A stretch of DNA of 64,000 nt, taken from NCBI GenBank assembly GCA_963745835.1, contig CAVUZH010000020.1, positions 1 through 64,000 on the forward strand. The letters are read 5' to 3'. Made by a program: the position numbers and the translations under genes. This document shows positions 1-11,482 of the stretch, one piece after another. How positions within the stretch are numbered: the stretch's first letter is position 1; each line of letters starts with the position of its first letter. Source of the DNA: an uncultured delta proteobacterium. Lineage in GTDB: Bacteria; Desulfobacterota; Binatia; UBA9968. A model generated the notes under the pieces. That model saw only the letters and a list, made by a program, of their open reading frames with translations. It had not been told where the DNA came from and did no database searches.

Positions 1-226
1 ATCAAGAAAGTTAAAGTGACCCTCGCCTGCGCGCGTTTTACCGTCAGACTACGATTCGAGTAATTGGCTTCTTGGTTGCGCTGGACCAGCCAGCTTGCTA
101 GCCGACCTCATCGTGCTTGCGCGCTACCCTATGAACAACCGTGCATCGATGCGCCTGTGGACCCATTTGAAGCGCCATATGATTGATCGTTGGAGAAAGA
201 GAAATCCCCCGCGGAGCTTACAGTCA

Positions 227-265
227 GGCCCCATCAGGCGCGTTGATATTACGCCCGATGGGGCC
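227..265. terminator. GC-rich stem-loop, possible terminator downstream of the LVIVD gene
   Basis: Inverted repeat GGCCCCATCAGGCG...CGCCCGATGGGGCC about 50 nt past the stop of the minus-strand gene. Confidence 0.4.
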
Positions 266-311
266 AAGAAGATTTTTCCGTCAGTCGGCTATCATGAGAG
301 AACCGCCTCAG

Positions 312-1754
312 TTATTCCCTAGTTGTTAGCCTGGACTGAACTTCGATCTGCTGTTGCTGCAGCGGAAGATTGGCAATCTCGCGCGCTGATCCCGTCAACT
401 CTAGAATGTGCAACCCGGTGTTGGCCCGGTCGACAATGTAGATGAAGCCGCGGTCGTCGACCTCAACATTATTCGTTTGAATGGCAATTTTGCCAGCTCG
501 CGGATCGGTGTTCGCCGTCGTCGCCGGGACGAAATACGCGATCTCTACCGGTTCGAATGGATTGCGAATGTCGACGGCGCGAACGCCTGCGTTGAAGTAA
601 GCAACGAATAGGATCCGCCCATAATAGATTGGCGTAAAGCTCTCGTTCGAGGAGTGCGCGCCGAAGCGCCCACCACGGCGGCAGAAGACGCCGTCGGGAT
701 CATGCACGTGGTAGTTGGAAACGACCTGAGGCGTGGACTCAATGGTCACATCGGCGAAGAACACCATCTGATGGGCTTCTCCGTTGCACTCGTTGGCCGT
801 CGACTCATTGACGATCGCTAGGAAGTCGCGGGTGCCGCCCACATTGAAGGGCCCGAGGTCAGGGATTCGCACGCCGAGTATCGGGAATGTGGTGTGCGCG
901 CCCACCAGCGGCGACGTATCGAACTGTGAGATCACGGGAAAACGAAGGTTATCCGGCGTCGGCGCCGGAGGACCGGTCAAGAGCTTCGTGCGGTCGGCGA
1001 TCTGAACGGTCCCGTTTGAGCTGGTGCCGTGGCCGAAATAAACCCGATGCCCGGCGCTGATCGCGCCATGCAAATCCGTCGGGACGTCGCCCGTAGAACC
1101 CGGCTCCTGACCGACCAGGCCGTAGTCACGGATATGAACCGGCGACCTCGGGTTACTCAGGTCAAAAATCTGGGTCATGCGCTCGGTGCGCCAACCCGGC
1201 ACTCCCGAGACCAGGTAGGCGATGCCGGTATCACACTCCCACCAGTTTTTGTGTGTTCCCTCGAGTCCGGATACCACCGTAGTCCGGAGCACTGGCGCGA
1301 TCGGATTTCTGACATCATAGATTTGATGCGCTTCATCGCCAAACGCCCTCAGCAGGAACACTCCCTCTATATCCTGAGAGGTGACGCCGGGCAGGTCCGT
1401 GCCATTACACACCCGCACCATCTGCGCGCCGCCCGCTTCACCTGCTCCGCTGGGACCCGGGATGTGATGGAGATAAATGGGGTTACGCGGATTGGTGACG
1501 TCGACAATCGACACGCCGTTGTTCTCGACGGCGTTGGTCAGCGGATTAAAGGCCGAGCCGCCGTGGTGCCCGATATAGGCAATCCATCGGCTGCCCTGCT
1601 GATGGATTATCGGCTGATAGGCCGAACGCGCTTGAAGCGGGTTCTGACCCAGGAGCGCCATATTATTCGAGTCGGATGGATGCTGTGCCTCCACACGCCC
1701 GCTGCTCAAGCTCACTGATATGATCATAATCAGTAGCAGAATCAACTTTTCCAT
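312..1754 (-). CDS. Secreted LVIVD-repeat (beta-propeller) protein
   Basis: Signal peptide; repeated motifs GVSIVDVTNPRNP, QIFDLSNPRSP, GVRAVDIRNPFEP. Confidence 0.8.
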   Translation of the reverse strand: MEKLILLLIMIISVSLSSGRVEAQHPSDSNNMALLGQNPLQARSAYQPIIHQQGSRWIAYIGHHGGSAFNPLTNAVENNGVSIVDVTNPRNPIYLHHIPGPSGAGEAGGAQMVRVCNGTDLPGVTSQDIEGVFLLRAFGDEAHQIYDVRNPIAPVLRTTVVSGLEGTHKNWWECDTGIAYLVSGVPGWRTERMTQIFDLSNPRSPVHIRDYGLVGQEPGSTGDVPTDLHGAISAGHRVYFGHGTSSNGTVQIADRTKLLTGPPAPTPDNLRFPVISQFDTSPLVGAHTTFPILGVRIPDLGPFNVGGTRDFLAIVNESTANECNGEAHQMVFFADVTIESTPQVVSNYHVHDPDGVFCRRGGRFGAHSSNESFTPIYYGRILFVAYFNAGVRAVDIRNPFEPVEIAYFVPATTANTDPRAGKIAIQTNNVEVDDRGFIYIVDRANTGLHILELTGSAREIANLPLQQQQIEVQSRLTTRE

Positions 1755-2401
1755 CGCTTTCTCCCTTCTCTTCCTGATGAAGGATCCTTATCTCGACTGA
1801 ACATTTTCTCGATTGATATCCCGCAAAAACATTTCCCTGTCCCACGCGCTTCTCAGGCGTTCACCAGAATTGCGTATGTCCATCTGTAATTGGACCGACA
1901 AAGACAGGGGTTTGCTGGCACATGACCGAGAGCATTTGGTACGGCCTCCCGAAACATGCAGTGGTAAGATGAGAGTGTCATGGAATTTAGTTGGCGGGCG
2001 TGAGCGTGTCCAATAGTTTCTTCCAATGACTAGGTATTGGTTTTCCTTATGGCGGAAGCATCTTCAGATGAAATGAAGAGAAAAGCGAGATTTGAAAAAT
2101 GCGCCGGACTTTGGTCTTGCTTCGGCTCCTCCTCCGGAGTTTAAACACTCCCAAACGAACCGCCTCCCGTTTGTCACAAAGAGCGTATCGAGCATCAGCG
2201 CAATGCCTGCGGTCTATAAACCTTTCTCCCCAATGGGTCCTCATAAGAGCAAAAGATCCACTCCCGAAGTCTATCGGCCGAAGGAATTTCCCTCAACGAA
2301 TCAAACGCGGGTGAAATAGTTGAAGCTACACGGACCTCGCTAGACATTCTCTCTCGCTTGGAGTAATCGGGGCTTAAGGTGAATGCGAAACGGGAGCGAC
2401 G

Positions 2402-3397
2402 ATGAAACAGTGGACCATCATAATTTCTTTCATCGGTATCTTGCTGTCTCGGCCGACCGTAATCTCTTCAGCGGAAACAGCACTGAAGATTGTCAACGTG
2501 GCGGTTCCAGCGGTTTCCCTGTTGCAGGCACCGCTATTTACCGCGCTTGATGCCGGCGCATTCAAAAAATATGGCATGGAAGTTCGCTATGTCGTCACTG
2601 GCGCGCGGACCATTCAAGCGTTGGTTGGCGGCTCGGTGCAGTTCGCTCAGGGCGTTTCCAGCCGGACCGTTCCCGCCGCTGTTCTGGCAGGAGCGGACAC
2701 AGTGTTGATTGCGAACTTCAGCGATAAGCTTTTGTTCACCATGCACAGCGCTCCCGAAGTCAAGTCGCTGCAAGATTTGAAGGGAAAAGTTGTCGGGGTC
2801 TCCGGGATCGGCGGCTCCACCGACTTCGCCACCCGGTTGGCGCTCCGTGAAGCGGGGCTCGTCCCTGAGAAGGATGTTGCAATCCGCGGCGTAGGTGGAG
2901 TACCCGAAACCGTCGCGGCGCTCAAAGCCAAGATCGTTCAAGCCGGTACTCTTTCACCGCCTTCTTCGTTCGTCGCGCAGAAAGCGGGATTCAAGATGCT
3001 GTTCGATATGTCGAGCCTAGGCGTCGACTATATTTCGTCGGGCCTCGGCGTGAAAAAGTCCGCGATCGCCTCCAACCGACAAGAGGTCAAACAGTTCCTG
3101 ATGGCAATGATTGAGGGAGCAAAGATTCTAACGAGCGACGAGGAGTTTGCCTTACGGGTGTTGGGCAAACATACCAGGATTTCAGACCGTGAAATCCTGA
3201 AACAGAGCTATAGCTATCTGAGACCCTATTTCCTCAAAGTACCCTATCCATCCGCCAGGGCGATCAAAGATACTCTAGATATCCTGTCAAAAGAAATTCC
3301 GAGAGCCAAAGACGCGGATCCCGGAGAATTCATCGACAACTCGGTCGTCAAAGAGATCGAGGCGAGCGGCTATATCGAGAATATTTATGGCAAATGA
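2402..3397 (+). CDS. ABC substrate-binding protein, NitT/TauT (NMT1/THI5-like) family
   Basis: Signal peptide, DLKGKVVGVS motif, C-terminal FIDNSVVKEIEASGYI. Confidence 0.85.
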   Translation: MKQWTIIISFIGILLSRPTVISSAETALKIVNVAVPAVSLLQAPLFTALDAGAFKKYGMEVRYVVTGARTIQALVGGSVQFAQGVSSRTVPAAVLAGADTVLIANFSDKLLFTMHSAPEVKSLQDLKGKVVGVSGIGGSTDFATRLALREAGLVPEKDVAIRGVGGVPETVAALKAKIVQAGTLSPPSSFVAQKAGFKMLFDMSSLGVDYISSGLGVKKSAIASNRQEVKQFLMAMIEGAKILTSDEEFALRVLGKHTRISDREILKQSYSYLRPYFLKVPYPSARAIKDTLDILSKEIPRAKDADPGEFIDNSVVKEIEASGYIENIYGK

Positions 3398-4550
3398 GAT
3401 AGCGTATCGGTTCATCTCTGCTGACGATCATATCGACTTGCGTTGGTTGCCGAAGGATTTGTGGACCGAGCGGCTGCCCGGCAAGCTGCGGCAACGCGGT
3501 CCGCGTGTTGTGGAAAATGAGAAGGGCTCATACTGGACTTGGGAAGGACAGACCTTTAGCCCGCATGGATATTACACGGCGGCGCAGGGTAGCGGCGCCA
3601 TGTGGGCGATTGAACGTGCCGGCGTGATGCGCAAGGGCGAGCTGCGACCGACAACGGCCGCTCTTCGCTTGAGCGACATGGACCGTGACGGCGCGGACGC
3701 TTCGATCATGTATGGTCCAACCGATCCTATGGCTATCGCCGACCCGGAGCTCAGGCAACGATGCTATGAGGCCTACAACGATTGGTTGATCGACTTCTGC
3801 GCAGCCAAGCCGGAGCGCCTGATCGGCGTCCCCCAGCTTTCGATGGAAGACCCCGTTGCCGCGCGCGCTGAGCTGGAACGTCTCGCAAAGCGGGGCGGGC
3901 TACGGCATGTCAACATTCTGGCATCGCGTGCGAACCCGCCAGTCTACGACCAGCGATGGGAGCCGTTCTGGGCGCTCGCTAACGAATCCGGCATACCGAT
4001 CGGGTTTCATCTCGCAGTCCTGGTGAAAAAGACACGGCTCGATGAGGCAGACCGAGGCGCGGCGAATCTCGTGGTCACAGCAGCGTCCCGCTTCGCTAAA
4101 GAACCGCCGGGCGTTCAACTTATCGAACCGATCACCGGTCTTATCTTCTCGGGGGTCCTTGACCGTCATCCGCGGCTCAAGATTGTGATGGCCGAGGCGG
4201 GCCTTGCCTGGGTGCCCAGCATGATCCAGGGCCTCGATATCTGGTACCAGCGCACGCGTGACGGCCGCAGACTCACCGGCGATAGCCCAGTAAGCCTCCC
4301 TAAGCTGCTGCCCAGCGAATACTTCCACCGCCAGATTTGGATCAGCTTCGTCGATGACCCGCTCGGCATCAAAATGGTGGGGAGTGTCCTCGATGCCGAC
4401 AAGGTAATGTTTGGTTCCGACTATCCCCATCCCGCAAGTACGTGGCCCCACTCGCAAGAGATTATTGAAGAGCAAATCCAGGCGATGTCTCCCGAAATCG
4501 CCAAGAAGATCTTCCGCGACAATGCTCGCTTGCTCTTTGCAATCGAGTAA
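3387..4550 (+). CDS. Amidohydrolase family 2 protein
   Basis: ISADDH, MDRDG, AYNDWL, MFGSDYPH motifs; overlaps the stop of the upstream gene. Confidence 0.85.
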   Translation: MANEIAYRFISADDHIDLRWLPKDLWTERLPGKLRQRGPRVVENEKGSYWTWEGQTFSPHGYYTAAQGSGAMWAIERAGVMRKGELRPTTAALRLSDMDRDGADASIMYGPTDPMAIADPELRQRCYEAYNDWLIDFCAAKPERLIGVPQLSMEDPVAARAELERLAKRGGLRHVNILASRANPPVYDQRWEPFWALANESGIPIGFHLAVLVKKTRLDEADRGAANLVVTAASRFAKEPPGVQLIEPITGLIFSGVLDRHPRLKIVMAEAGLAWVPSMIQGLDIWYQRTRDGRRLTGDSPVSLPKLLPSEYFHRQIWISFVDDPLGIKMVGSVLDADKVMFGSDYPHPASTWPHSQEIIEEQIQAMSPEIAKKIFRDNARLLFAIE

Positions 4551-4889
4551 AAGTTTTCCATTTTGACCGTCTACGTTGCCACTATGGTCATCCGCCCATA
4601 TCATTCACCAGCAAGTGATCGCATAGTTCGGTGTTACCCGAGTTCTGACACACTCGCGTGCTGCAATCATTTGCGGCTAGCTAAATCACAGCAACCCGCC
4701 TAAGGGCGTCAACGGTTGAGCGCACCGGCCGTTGGATCCCACGACTGATTTGCGTATCGAAATGGAAAACCCCGCTTGATTAAGCTCTGTGCGCGTGCAT
4801 TGAATTAAATATAGCTGTGCCGAGTCGGGAATGTTGATCGTGATGAGCAGGCAAAGATTGTTTGGGTAGATGCAAAAAAGGAGGTTGCC

Positions 4890-5180
4890 ATGTCGATTGT
4901 CAGACTCATTTACGTAAGCGTAAAGGGTGATCAGGTTAAGGATGCGGTTAATCTTTGGAAAGAGCATTGCGCTCCGCTGATGATTAAACAGCCGGGGTGT
5001 CTGTCCGAAAAGCTCTTGGAATGTGTCGATGCACCAAATGAATTTATCTCCTACTCGGAATGGGATAGCCAGGAAAGCATCGACAAATATCGAAATAGCG
5101 AAGCACACGCGGAGATTCAAAGACACTCACGAGGATTGCAAGGCGGTCAGGCTACCGTGAAGCGATATGCCGTGAAGTAA
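4890..5180 (+). CDS. Antibiotic biosynthesis monooxygenase (ABM) family protein
   Basis: 96 aa, KQPGCLS and ISYSEWDSQESI pattern, GGAGG RBS. Confidence 0.75.
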   Translation: MSIVRLIYVSVKGDQVKDAVNLWKEHCAPLMIKQPGCLSEKLLECVDAPNEFISYSEWDSQESIDKYRNSEAHAEIQRHSRGLQGGQATVKRYAVK

Positions 5181-5259
5181 TCCACCACTCTGAAACTCCG
5201 GCACGAAAGGAAAGTTGATAAACGCGATGGGATCTGCAGTAATCGCGCAGGAGGACTTT

Positions 5260-5568
5260 ATGCCAAGATATATTCTTCTTAGCACGCTGACCCCCGAAGG
5301 GCGGCAAACAATGCACAAAAACCCCGATCGGCTGGAAGAGGTCAACAAGGAGGTGGATGCATTCGGTTGTAAGATCATAGCCCAATATGCGGTGCTGGGT
5401 GGTTTTGATTTCGTCAGCATCGTCGAAGCGCCCGACAACGAGACGGTCGCTCATATGTCGGTGGATTTAGGTTCACGGGGAACGATTAGCATTACTACGC
5501 TGCCGGCGATTCCTACTAAGGAGTTTATCGCGAAGCTTAAGGGGCCTAAACAGATGGGACACAAGTAA
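5260..5568 (+). CDS. GYD-domain protein
   Basis: MPRYILLSTLTPEG...YAVLGGFDFVSIVEAPD; GGAGG RBS before ATG 5260. Confidence 0.75.
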   Translation: MPRYILLSTLTPEGRQTMHKNPDRLEEVNKEVDAFGCKIIAQYAVLGGFDFVSIVEAPDNETVAHMSVDLGSRGTISITTLPAIPTKEFIAKLKGPKQMGHK

Positions 5569-5731
5569 AGCTGAATCGCGGCGAGCTATACGACAGTAGT
5601 TCCGGCCGCTTTCGGCGTTGCCGACTGCCGCAAGTTGACGGCGCGGGATTCTCGCCGGGGTTACCACGCTTGCCGCAAACGGCATTCCTATCGGTTCGCC
5701 GAGAGTGAACGGACTATTCGGAGGTTGCACA

Positions 5732-8179
5732 ATGAGTAAGATTACCCGGGTGGATACTCGGCGAGATGGCGAAGCGGTCGGATGGGCAAGGGAATTGCGC
5801 GATACCGAGGCTTGGTTTCAAAGCCAACGGTTCCGACAAATCATCCGTCTTCACACGGCCTACGAGGTCGTCGCGCTGCGCGGCACTGTCCGGGAAGACT
5901 ACACTATCGCGAGGCAGGCCGCCGATAAGATGTACGATTACCTGCAAGGGTTGTTCAAAGCCAAAAAACAGGAAATTACCTACGGACCTTTCTCACCGAC
6001 CGGAGCGGTGCGCGCGGTCATGGAGGGCATCAAGATTCTCTATCTCGGCGGATGGTCCACCTCGGCCCGCGGTTCCGACTCGGAAGATCCTGGCGCCGAC
6101 TTGGCGAACTATGCGCTCGACCGGGTTCCCAAGGAGGGAGCCGCATGGGTGCGCGCCTTGATGCACCAGGATGAAGTGCAGAGGTCCAATCGCATGAGAA
6201 TGACCTCAACGCAGCGTAAAAAGATCACTGCTATCGAGTTCAGTCCGCCGATGATTATTCCCGACGGCGACACCGGACATGGAGGCGAGCATCATGTTCG
6301 CAACCTGGTCAAGAAGTTTGTCGAGAACAAGATTGGCGCCATTCACATCGAAGATCAAAGACCGGGTTGCAAGGTTTGCGGCCATCAGGGGCAGAAGGTA
6401 CTTGTCTCCACGACTGAAATTATTGCGCGGCTCAATACAGCAAGGCTGCAGTTCGACGTCTTGGGCGTTCCCGGCGTGATTGTTGCCCGGACAGATTCTA
6501 ATGACGCCACCGCAATAGACAGCTTGGAAGACGAGCGCGATCATCCTTTTGTAATGGGCGCGACAAACGCAGAGATTGTTCCCTTTAAGAACGTCAGTCT
6601 GGCGGTCATCAAGAAGTTTTACGATGGGGGTTTTAAAGAGATCAACGGACATTTACTGTACAGGATCTCCGACAAGGCCTACCGAGACGCACAGGAATGG
6701 CTAAGAAAACAACATCTCGCTTCTCGAGTCGATGAGGCGATAGCGCGCATCGATAAAGAGATCTCGTCGCTTAAAAAACTTCGGCAACAAGCCCGTCGCG
6801 AGGGCAAGGGCCGGAGAGATGCGCGTGAGCAGCTCGCGGCGCTTGAAGTGACGGCCAAGAGGGTCGCTGAAGAAACCGTCGACCATGTATTGGCCGTGAT
6901 CCGCGAGGCGTGGGCGGAGAAGGCAGGCTTAAAGACCTATGGTGAGGCCGTCGCAGAGATCATGGAAGCGCGGCTTGGCAGCCAGGGCAAGCTTCCCATG
7001 TCAGTCGAACGCTGGAGAAAGTTTGCCGCCCAGGCGTCCTTCGGCGAAGCTCGTGACCGGGCCAAGTCCATGAGTATCGAAGTCTTCTGGGATTGGGACT
7101 TGCCGAGAACGCCGGAAGGTTTCTATCCAATCACGGGCGGACGTGACATGGCAACCGCGAGAGGATTGGCTATGGCGCCATTCTGCGATTTAGTTTGGCG
7201 CGAAACGGCCAAGCCGGACTTGGAAGACGACAGGATGTGGGCCGAAGCCATGCACGAGGTATTCCCTGACAAGCTGTTGGCCTACAACTTGTCGCCGTCA
7301 TGGAACTGGGACGCCTGGGGTTTTACCGACGGCCAGATCCGGAGTTTTGCCGCCGAGCTGGGCAAAATGGGTTACGTTTTTAATTTCATAACCTATGCGG
7401 GTCATCAAACCGAAGCCCTGATGAACGGGCGGCTGGCGCGGGCGCTAAAAGAAGAGGGGGTTCTCGGTTTCGTCCGGCTCATCCAGCGCTCGCTCCGGCT
7501 CGCCAATGATCCAGCGCAATTCCCGCAGACATTCGTGGGAGGGCCGTGGGCGGATCGATTCCGGCGTGCTGCGCGCGGGCCGTCGCTGACTACATCATCG
7601 ATGGGTGGCAAGTCGACCGAGGCGCAGCACAGAAAACCGGTCGAGGTGCCCACCAGCGTTCTGGAACGATGGCTGCGTATGTGGACCGAACATTGGAGCA
7701 AGCAGGGTCTGTATAAAGGCGGCGAGCTCAGCGTCGAAGTTAAAGAACGCTGGGCTGGCGCCGAGGAAATGATGCTCAACGTTTTCGATGAGGCTCGCGA
7801 CAAGATTGCTGAGATCATTTATCGCGTCGATAGAGACAGAGCCGGTCGAAAATTTCTCGCGGTGAAGGATCAGAATACCGTGAAGAAGTATCGCGCCCGC
7901 CGACTGATGACGTTAATGCATTTTTTTCTGCTTCATCGTTACAAAACAGATCTGGTGCATTACGTGACCCCAACCGACGATAACCGCTTGTCGGTTAGCC
8001 GAATGATCCAGAACGGCGTTTTCCGCGCAGCGCGGACCGATGATCCGAACATTATCGCTCTTGGCGTAGATACCGCGCGGGCACAAAAGATATTCGCCAA
8101 CGATGATTCGCTGAAGCGCTTTATAACCAACGAGTTTAGGGCGTCCAGAGGCCAGGCGCTTATGAGAGCCGTTGGTTAA
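5732..8179 (+). CDS. aceA: Isocitrate lyase, long ICL2-type with C-terminal GNAT-like domain
   Basis: DGDTGHGG, HIEDQ..KVCGH, ARTDS, LAYNLSPSWNW; C-terminus (KDQNT, RLMTLMH, HYVTPTDDN) resembles M. tuberculosis ICL2; RBS before ATG 5732. Confidence 0.9.
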   Translation: MSKITRVDTRRDGEAVGWARELRDTEAWFQSQRFRQIIRLHTAYEVVALRGTVREDYTIARQAADKMYDYLQGLFKAKKQEITYGPFSPTGAVRAVMEGIKILYLGGWSTSARGSDSEDPGADLANYALDRVPKEGAAWVRALMHQDEVQRSNRMRMTSTQRKKITAIEFSPPMIIPDGDTGHGGEHHVRNLVKKFVENKIGAIHIEDQRPGCKVCGHQGQKVLVSTTEIIARLNTARLQFDVLGVPGVIVARTDSNDATAIDSLEDERDHPFVMGATNAEIVPFKNVSLAVIKKFYDGGFKEINGHLLYRISDKAYRDAQEWLRKQHLASRVDEAIARIDKEISSLKKLRQQARREGKGRRDAREQLAALEVTAKRVAEETVDHVLAVIREAWAEKAGLKTYGEAVAEIMEARLGSQGKLPMSVERWRKFAAQASFGEARDRAKSMSIEVFWDWDLPRTPEGFYPITGGRDMATARGLAMAPFCDLVWRETAKPDLEDDRMWAEAMHEVFPDKLLAYNLSPSWNWDAWGFTDGQIRSFAAELGKMGYVFNFITYAGHQTEALMNGRLARALKEEGVLGFVRLIQRSLRLANDPAQFPQTFVGGPWADRFRRAARGPSLTTSSMGGKSTEAQHRKPVEVPTSVLERWLRMWTEHWSKQGLYKGGELSVEVKERWAGAEEMMLNVFDEARDKIAEIIYRVDRDRAGRKFLAVKDQNTVKKYRARRLMTLMHFFLLHRYKTDLVHYVTPTDDNRLSVSRMIQNGVFRAARTDDPNIIALGVDTARAQKIFANDDSLKRFITNEFRASRGQALMRAVG

Positions 8180-8331
8180 ACCGAGGATGCTCAGGAAGGA
8201 GACGTAAGCTGCGCCGATGTCGAAGATCTGGGAAAGCACTTCGACGGCCAGGCTGATTTCGGATGCTGAACCGCTACGATCGAGATCCGCCCGGTGTTTA
8301 TGACGCAGATAAATTTGCGAGGGGAAAAGCC

Positions 8332-10524
8332 ATGGCAAACTTCGTAACGATCGACGGACTTAAAGTTAACGAAGAATTGCACAGTTTGGTCCGGGATGAG
8401 ATTGCCCCAGGCACGGGCGTCGATCCGCAAGCGTTCTGGATTAGTTTGGGCCAGATTGTCAAGGATCTGGGGGCGAAAAATCGCCAGCTTCTGGCCAAAC
8501 GTAAAGAGCTGCAGAAGCAAATCGACGAATGGTGCCGCACAAGACGGGGTCAGCCATTTGATGTTGAGGAATACAGAGCGTTCTTGATCGAGATAGGCTA
8601 TCTCGTTCCTGAAGGTGAAAATTTTCAGGCGACGACGACCAATGTCGATCGTGAGATCGCGGAAGTTTCGGGTCCTCAGCTGGTCGTGCCTCTCGATAAC
8701 GCCCGCTATGCGCTCAACGCAGCAAATGCTCGATGGGGCAGTTTGTATGACGCCCTCTACGGCACGGATGTAATTCCGGAAGCGGATGGCGCCGAAAAAG
8801 GCGAAGCCTACAATCCGCGGCGCGGCGCCAAGGTGATCGCGCGAACGCAGGCCTTCTTGGATCACGCTATCGGCCTGGAGCGAGGAAAGTTCTCGGATGT
8901 CGTTGAATTCTCGATTAAAGAGTTGAAGGGTGAGACCCAGCTGATTGCCAAGCTGAAAGATGGCAGCGAAACAGGACTAGCGGACGGGCGCAAGTTTGCA
9001 GGTTTTGTAAAAAAAGGCAGCGATCTAACAAGCGTTCTACTCAAAAATAACCAATTATATGTTGAAATTCAGATCGATCGTAACCATCCCATCGGCAAAT
9101 CCGATGCTGCCGGGGTTAAGGATGTGATTCTGGAAGCTGCCATTACCACGATACAAGACTGCGAAGATTCTGTTGCCGCGGTCGATGCGGCGGACAAGGC
9201 AAGAGTCTACCGTAACTGGAATGGCATTATGAAGGGCACCCTCGAAGAAACCTTCGAAAGAAGCGGCGGCGGGATAATCATGCGGGCCCTGAATCCCGAT
9301 AAGATTTTTACTGCGCCGAACGGAGAAAGCGCGACATTGCCGGGAAGAAGTCTATTGCTCGTGCGCAATGTCGGACTTCATATGTACACCGATGCCGTAA
9401 CCACCGTCGACGGCGAGGAAATTCCCGAGGGATTCCTCGATGCCATGATGACGGCGCTGGCTGCCCTGCACGATCTCAAAGGCAACTCGAAGTACATTAA
9501 CAGCCGGACCGGCAGCGTGTATATCGTCAAGCCCAAATTGCACGGCCCTGAAGAGGTCGCCGCGACTATCGAACTATTCGCAAGGGTAGAGGTTGCGCTC
9601 GGCCTCGAGCGCAACACGCTGAAGATCGGCATTATGGACGAGGAACGGCGCACGACGGTGAATTTGAAAGAGGCAATCCGGGGCGCGAGCGAGAGAGTTG
9701 TTTTCATCAACACGGGTTTCCTCGATCGCACCGGCGACGAAATTCACACCAGCATGGAATTGGGTCCTATGTTGCCGAAGATGGAAATCAAGAATCAGCC
9801 GTGGCTCGGTGCTTACGAAGATCGGAACGTCGATATCGGTATCGAGACCGGGCTTGTGGGAAAGGCGCAGATCGGCAAGGGGATGTGGACCATGCCCGAA
9901 GAGATGCGCAAAATGGTCGAGACCAAAATGGCTCATCCCGAAGCTGGAGCAAACACCGCGTGGGTCCCTTCACCGACGGCGGCAACGCTTCACGCGCTCC
10001 ATTACCATCAAATCGATGTCGCCAAGAAACAGTCCGAGCTCATTCGACGCGGCCGGGCGCGCATTGAGGATATTCTCACTCCCCCGCTTCTCGACCGAAC
10101 GTTGACACCGGAGGAGATCCAAAGGGAATTGGACAACAACGCACAAGGTATTCTTGGGTACGTGGTCCGCTGGATCGATCAAGGAGTCGGGTGCTCGAAG
10201 GTTCCCGATATCGGCAACGTCGGCCTAATGGAAGACCGAGCGACCTTGCGGATATCGAGTCAACATATGGCTAACTGGCTGCACCACGGCATCGTCGACG
10301 AACCGCAGGTAAGAAAAACCTTTGAGCGAATGGCGGTGGTGGTGGATCGGCAAAACAGCCAGGATCCGAACTATCGAACAATGGCCCCCGAGTTCGACAA
10401 AAGCATTGCCTTTCAGGCGGCGTTGGATCTCGTCTTCAAAGGGAGAGAGGCAGAAAACGGCTACACCGAACCGGTGCTTCACGCACGGCGCCGCCAGGCA
10501 AAAACCGCAAGTCTCACCGGTTAA
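8332..10524 (+). CDS. glcB: Malate synthase G
   Basis: [58 protein letters not shown]; start set to ATG 8332. Confidence 0.95.
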   Translation: MANFVTIDGLKVNEELHSLVRDEIAPGTGVDPQAFWISLGQIVKDLGAKNRQLLAKRKELQKQIDEWCRTRRGQPFDVEEYRAFLIEIGYLVPEGENFQATTTNVDREIAEVSGPQLVVPLDNARYALNAANARWGSLYDALYGTDVIPEADGAEKGEAYNPRRGAKVIARTQAFLDHAIGLERGKFSDVVEFSIKELKGETQLIAKLKDGSETGLADGRKFAGFVKKGSDLTSVLLKNNQLYVEIQIDRNHPIGKSDAAGVKDVILEAAITTIQDCEDSVAAVDAADKARVYRNWNGIMKGTLEETFERSGGGIIMRALNPDKIFTAPNGESATLPGRSLLLVRNVGLHMYTDAVTTVDGEEIPEGFLDAMMTALAALHDLKGNSKYINSRTGSVYIVKPKLHGPEEVAATIELFARVEVALGLERNTLKIGIMDEERRTTVNLKEAIRGASERVVFINTGFLDRTGDEIHTSMELGPMLPKMEIKNQPWLGAYEDRNVDIGIETGLVGKAQIGKGMWTMPEEMRKMVETKMAHPEAGANTAWVPSPTAATLHALHYHQIDVAKKQSELIRRGRARIEDILTPPLLDRTLTPEEIQRELDNNAQGILGYVVRWIDQGVGCSKVPDIGNVGLMEDRATLRISSQHMANWLHHGIVDEPQVRKTFERMAVVVDRQNSQDPNYRTMAPEFDKSIAFQAALDLVFKGREAENGYTEPVLHARRRQAKTASLTG

Positions 10525-10721
10525 AATGCTTTTCTTTGATTCGATGGCACATAGTCGCGCCGCCCGAGTTCAAGATTTAGAAAACTCCATAGTCGCTCTT
10601 ACGCTTGACATGGGGACTGCCGTATATCCTTAGCCTGAGTAGTTCCGTTTTAGCCTTAACCGGTTCAACACGCTCAAAGCATTCGGTCCTGGAGCTTGTT
10701 CAGTCGATTTTAGAAGTGGGC

Positions 10722-11354
10722 ATGCGAGCGAATGGGAAATCAATGGATCAGCGGGTATCAGTTTCGGTCCGGCGCAGGGCCATAAGAAAACTTCGAACCA
10801 TCCTATGCGGGGTCATCCTTGCGGCTTGCATGGCCGGGATTGGGTGCGACGAGCAGCCGACCTCCGCAACGACTTCTCTACGCGAACCGGACGTGCGCTA
10901 CGAACCCACATCACCGGATGTGGTGCAGGTGATGTTTCGTCTTGCCAACGTCAATACGGGTGAGGTGGTCTACGATCTAGGGTGCGGTGATGGCCGGATC
11001 GTCATCACCGCAGTTCGAGAGTCCGGCGCGCGCGGCGTCTGTGTCGATATCGATCCGCAGCGCATCGCTGAAAGCAGGGAAAACGCCCGCGCGGCCGGCG
11101 TTACTGAAAACATCCGTTTTCTCAATCAGGACCTTTTTGAGACAGACGTGAGCGACGCGTCGGTGATCATGCTCTTCCTATCGCCCGAGCTCAATCTAAA
11201 ACTGCGGCCAAAACTGCTGCGCGAGCTCAACCCGGGCGCCCGCATCGTCTCGCATTGGCATGACATGGGCGACTGGAAGCCGCAAAAAGTCGTGCGCGTT
11301 CGAAGCGGCGGCCGCGAGCGTTCCATTTACCTTTGGACCATCCCGCCACGCTAA
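10722..11354 (+). CDS. Class I SAM-dependent methyltransferase, possibly a lipoprotein
   Basis: VYDLGCGDGRIV, LRPKL..EL.PGARIVSH; hydrophobic leader ending GIGC; start uncertain. Confidence 0.8.
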   Translation: MRANGKSMDQRVSVSVRRRAIRKLRTILCGVILAACMAGIGCDEQPTSATTSLREPDVRYEPTSPDVVQVMFRLANVNTGEVVYDLGCGDGRIVITAVRESGARGVCVDIDPQRIAESRENARAAGVTENIRFLNQDLFETDVSDASVIMLFLSPELNLKLRPKLLRELNPGARIVSHWHDMGDWKPQKVVRVRSGGRERSIYLWTIPPR

Positions 11355-11482
11355 AAACATCGCGCGCTCAAGTGGCCAGCGCGGCGCACGCGCAAAAACC
11401 ACTTTCAAGCGGACAGCGTTGTCGAAATAAGGATCGGTCAGGATCTCGGAGGGAGAACACTCGGAGATCGCGGACTACCCGC

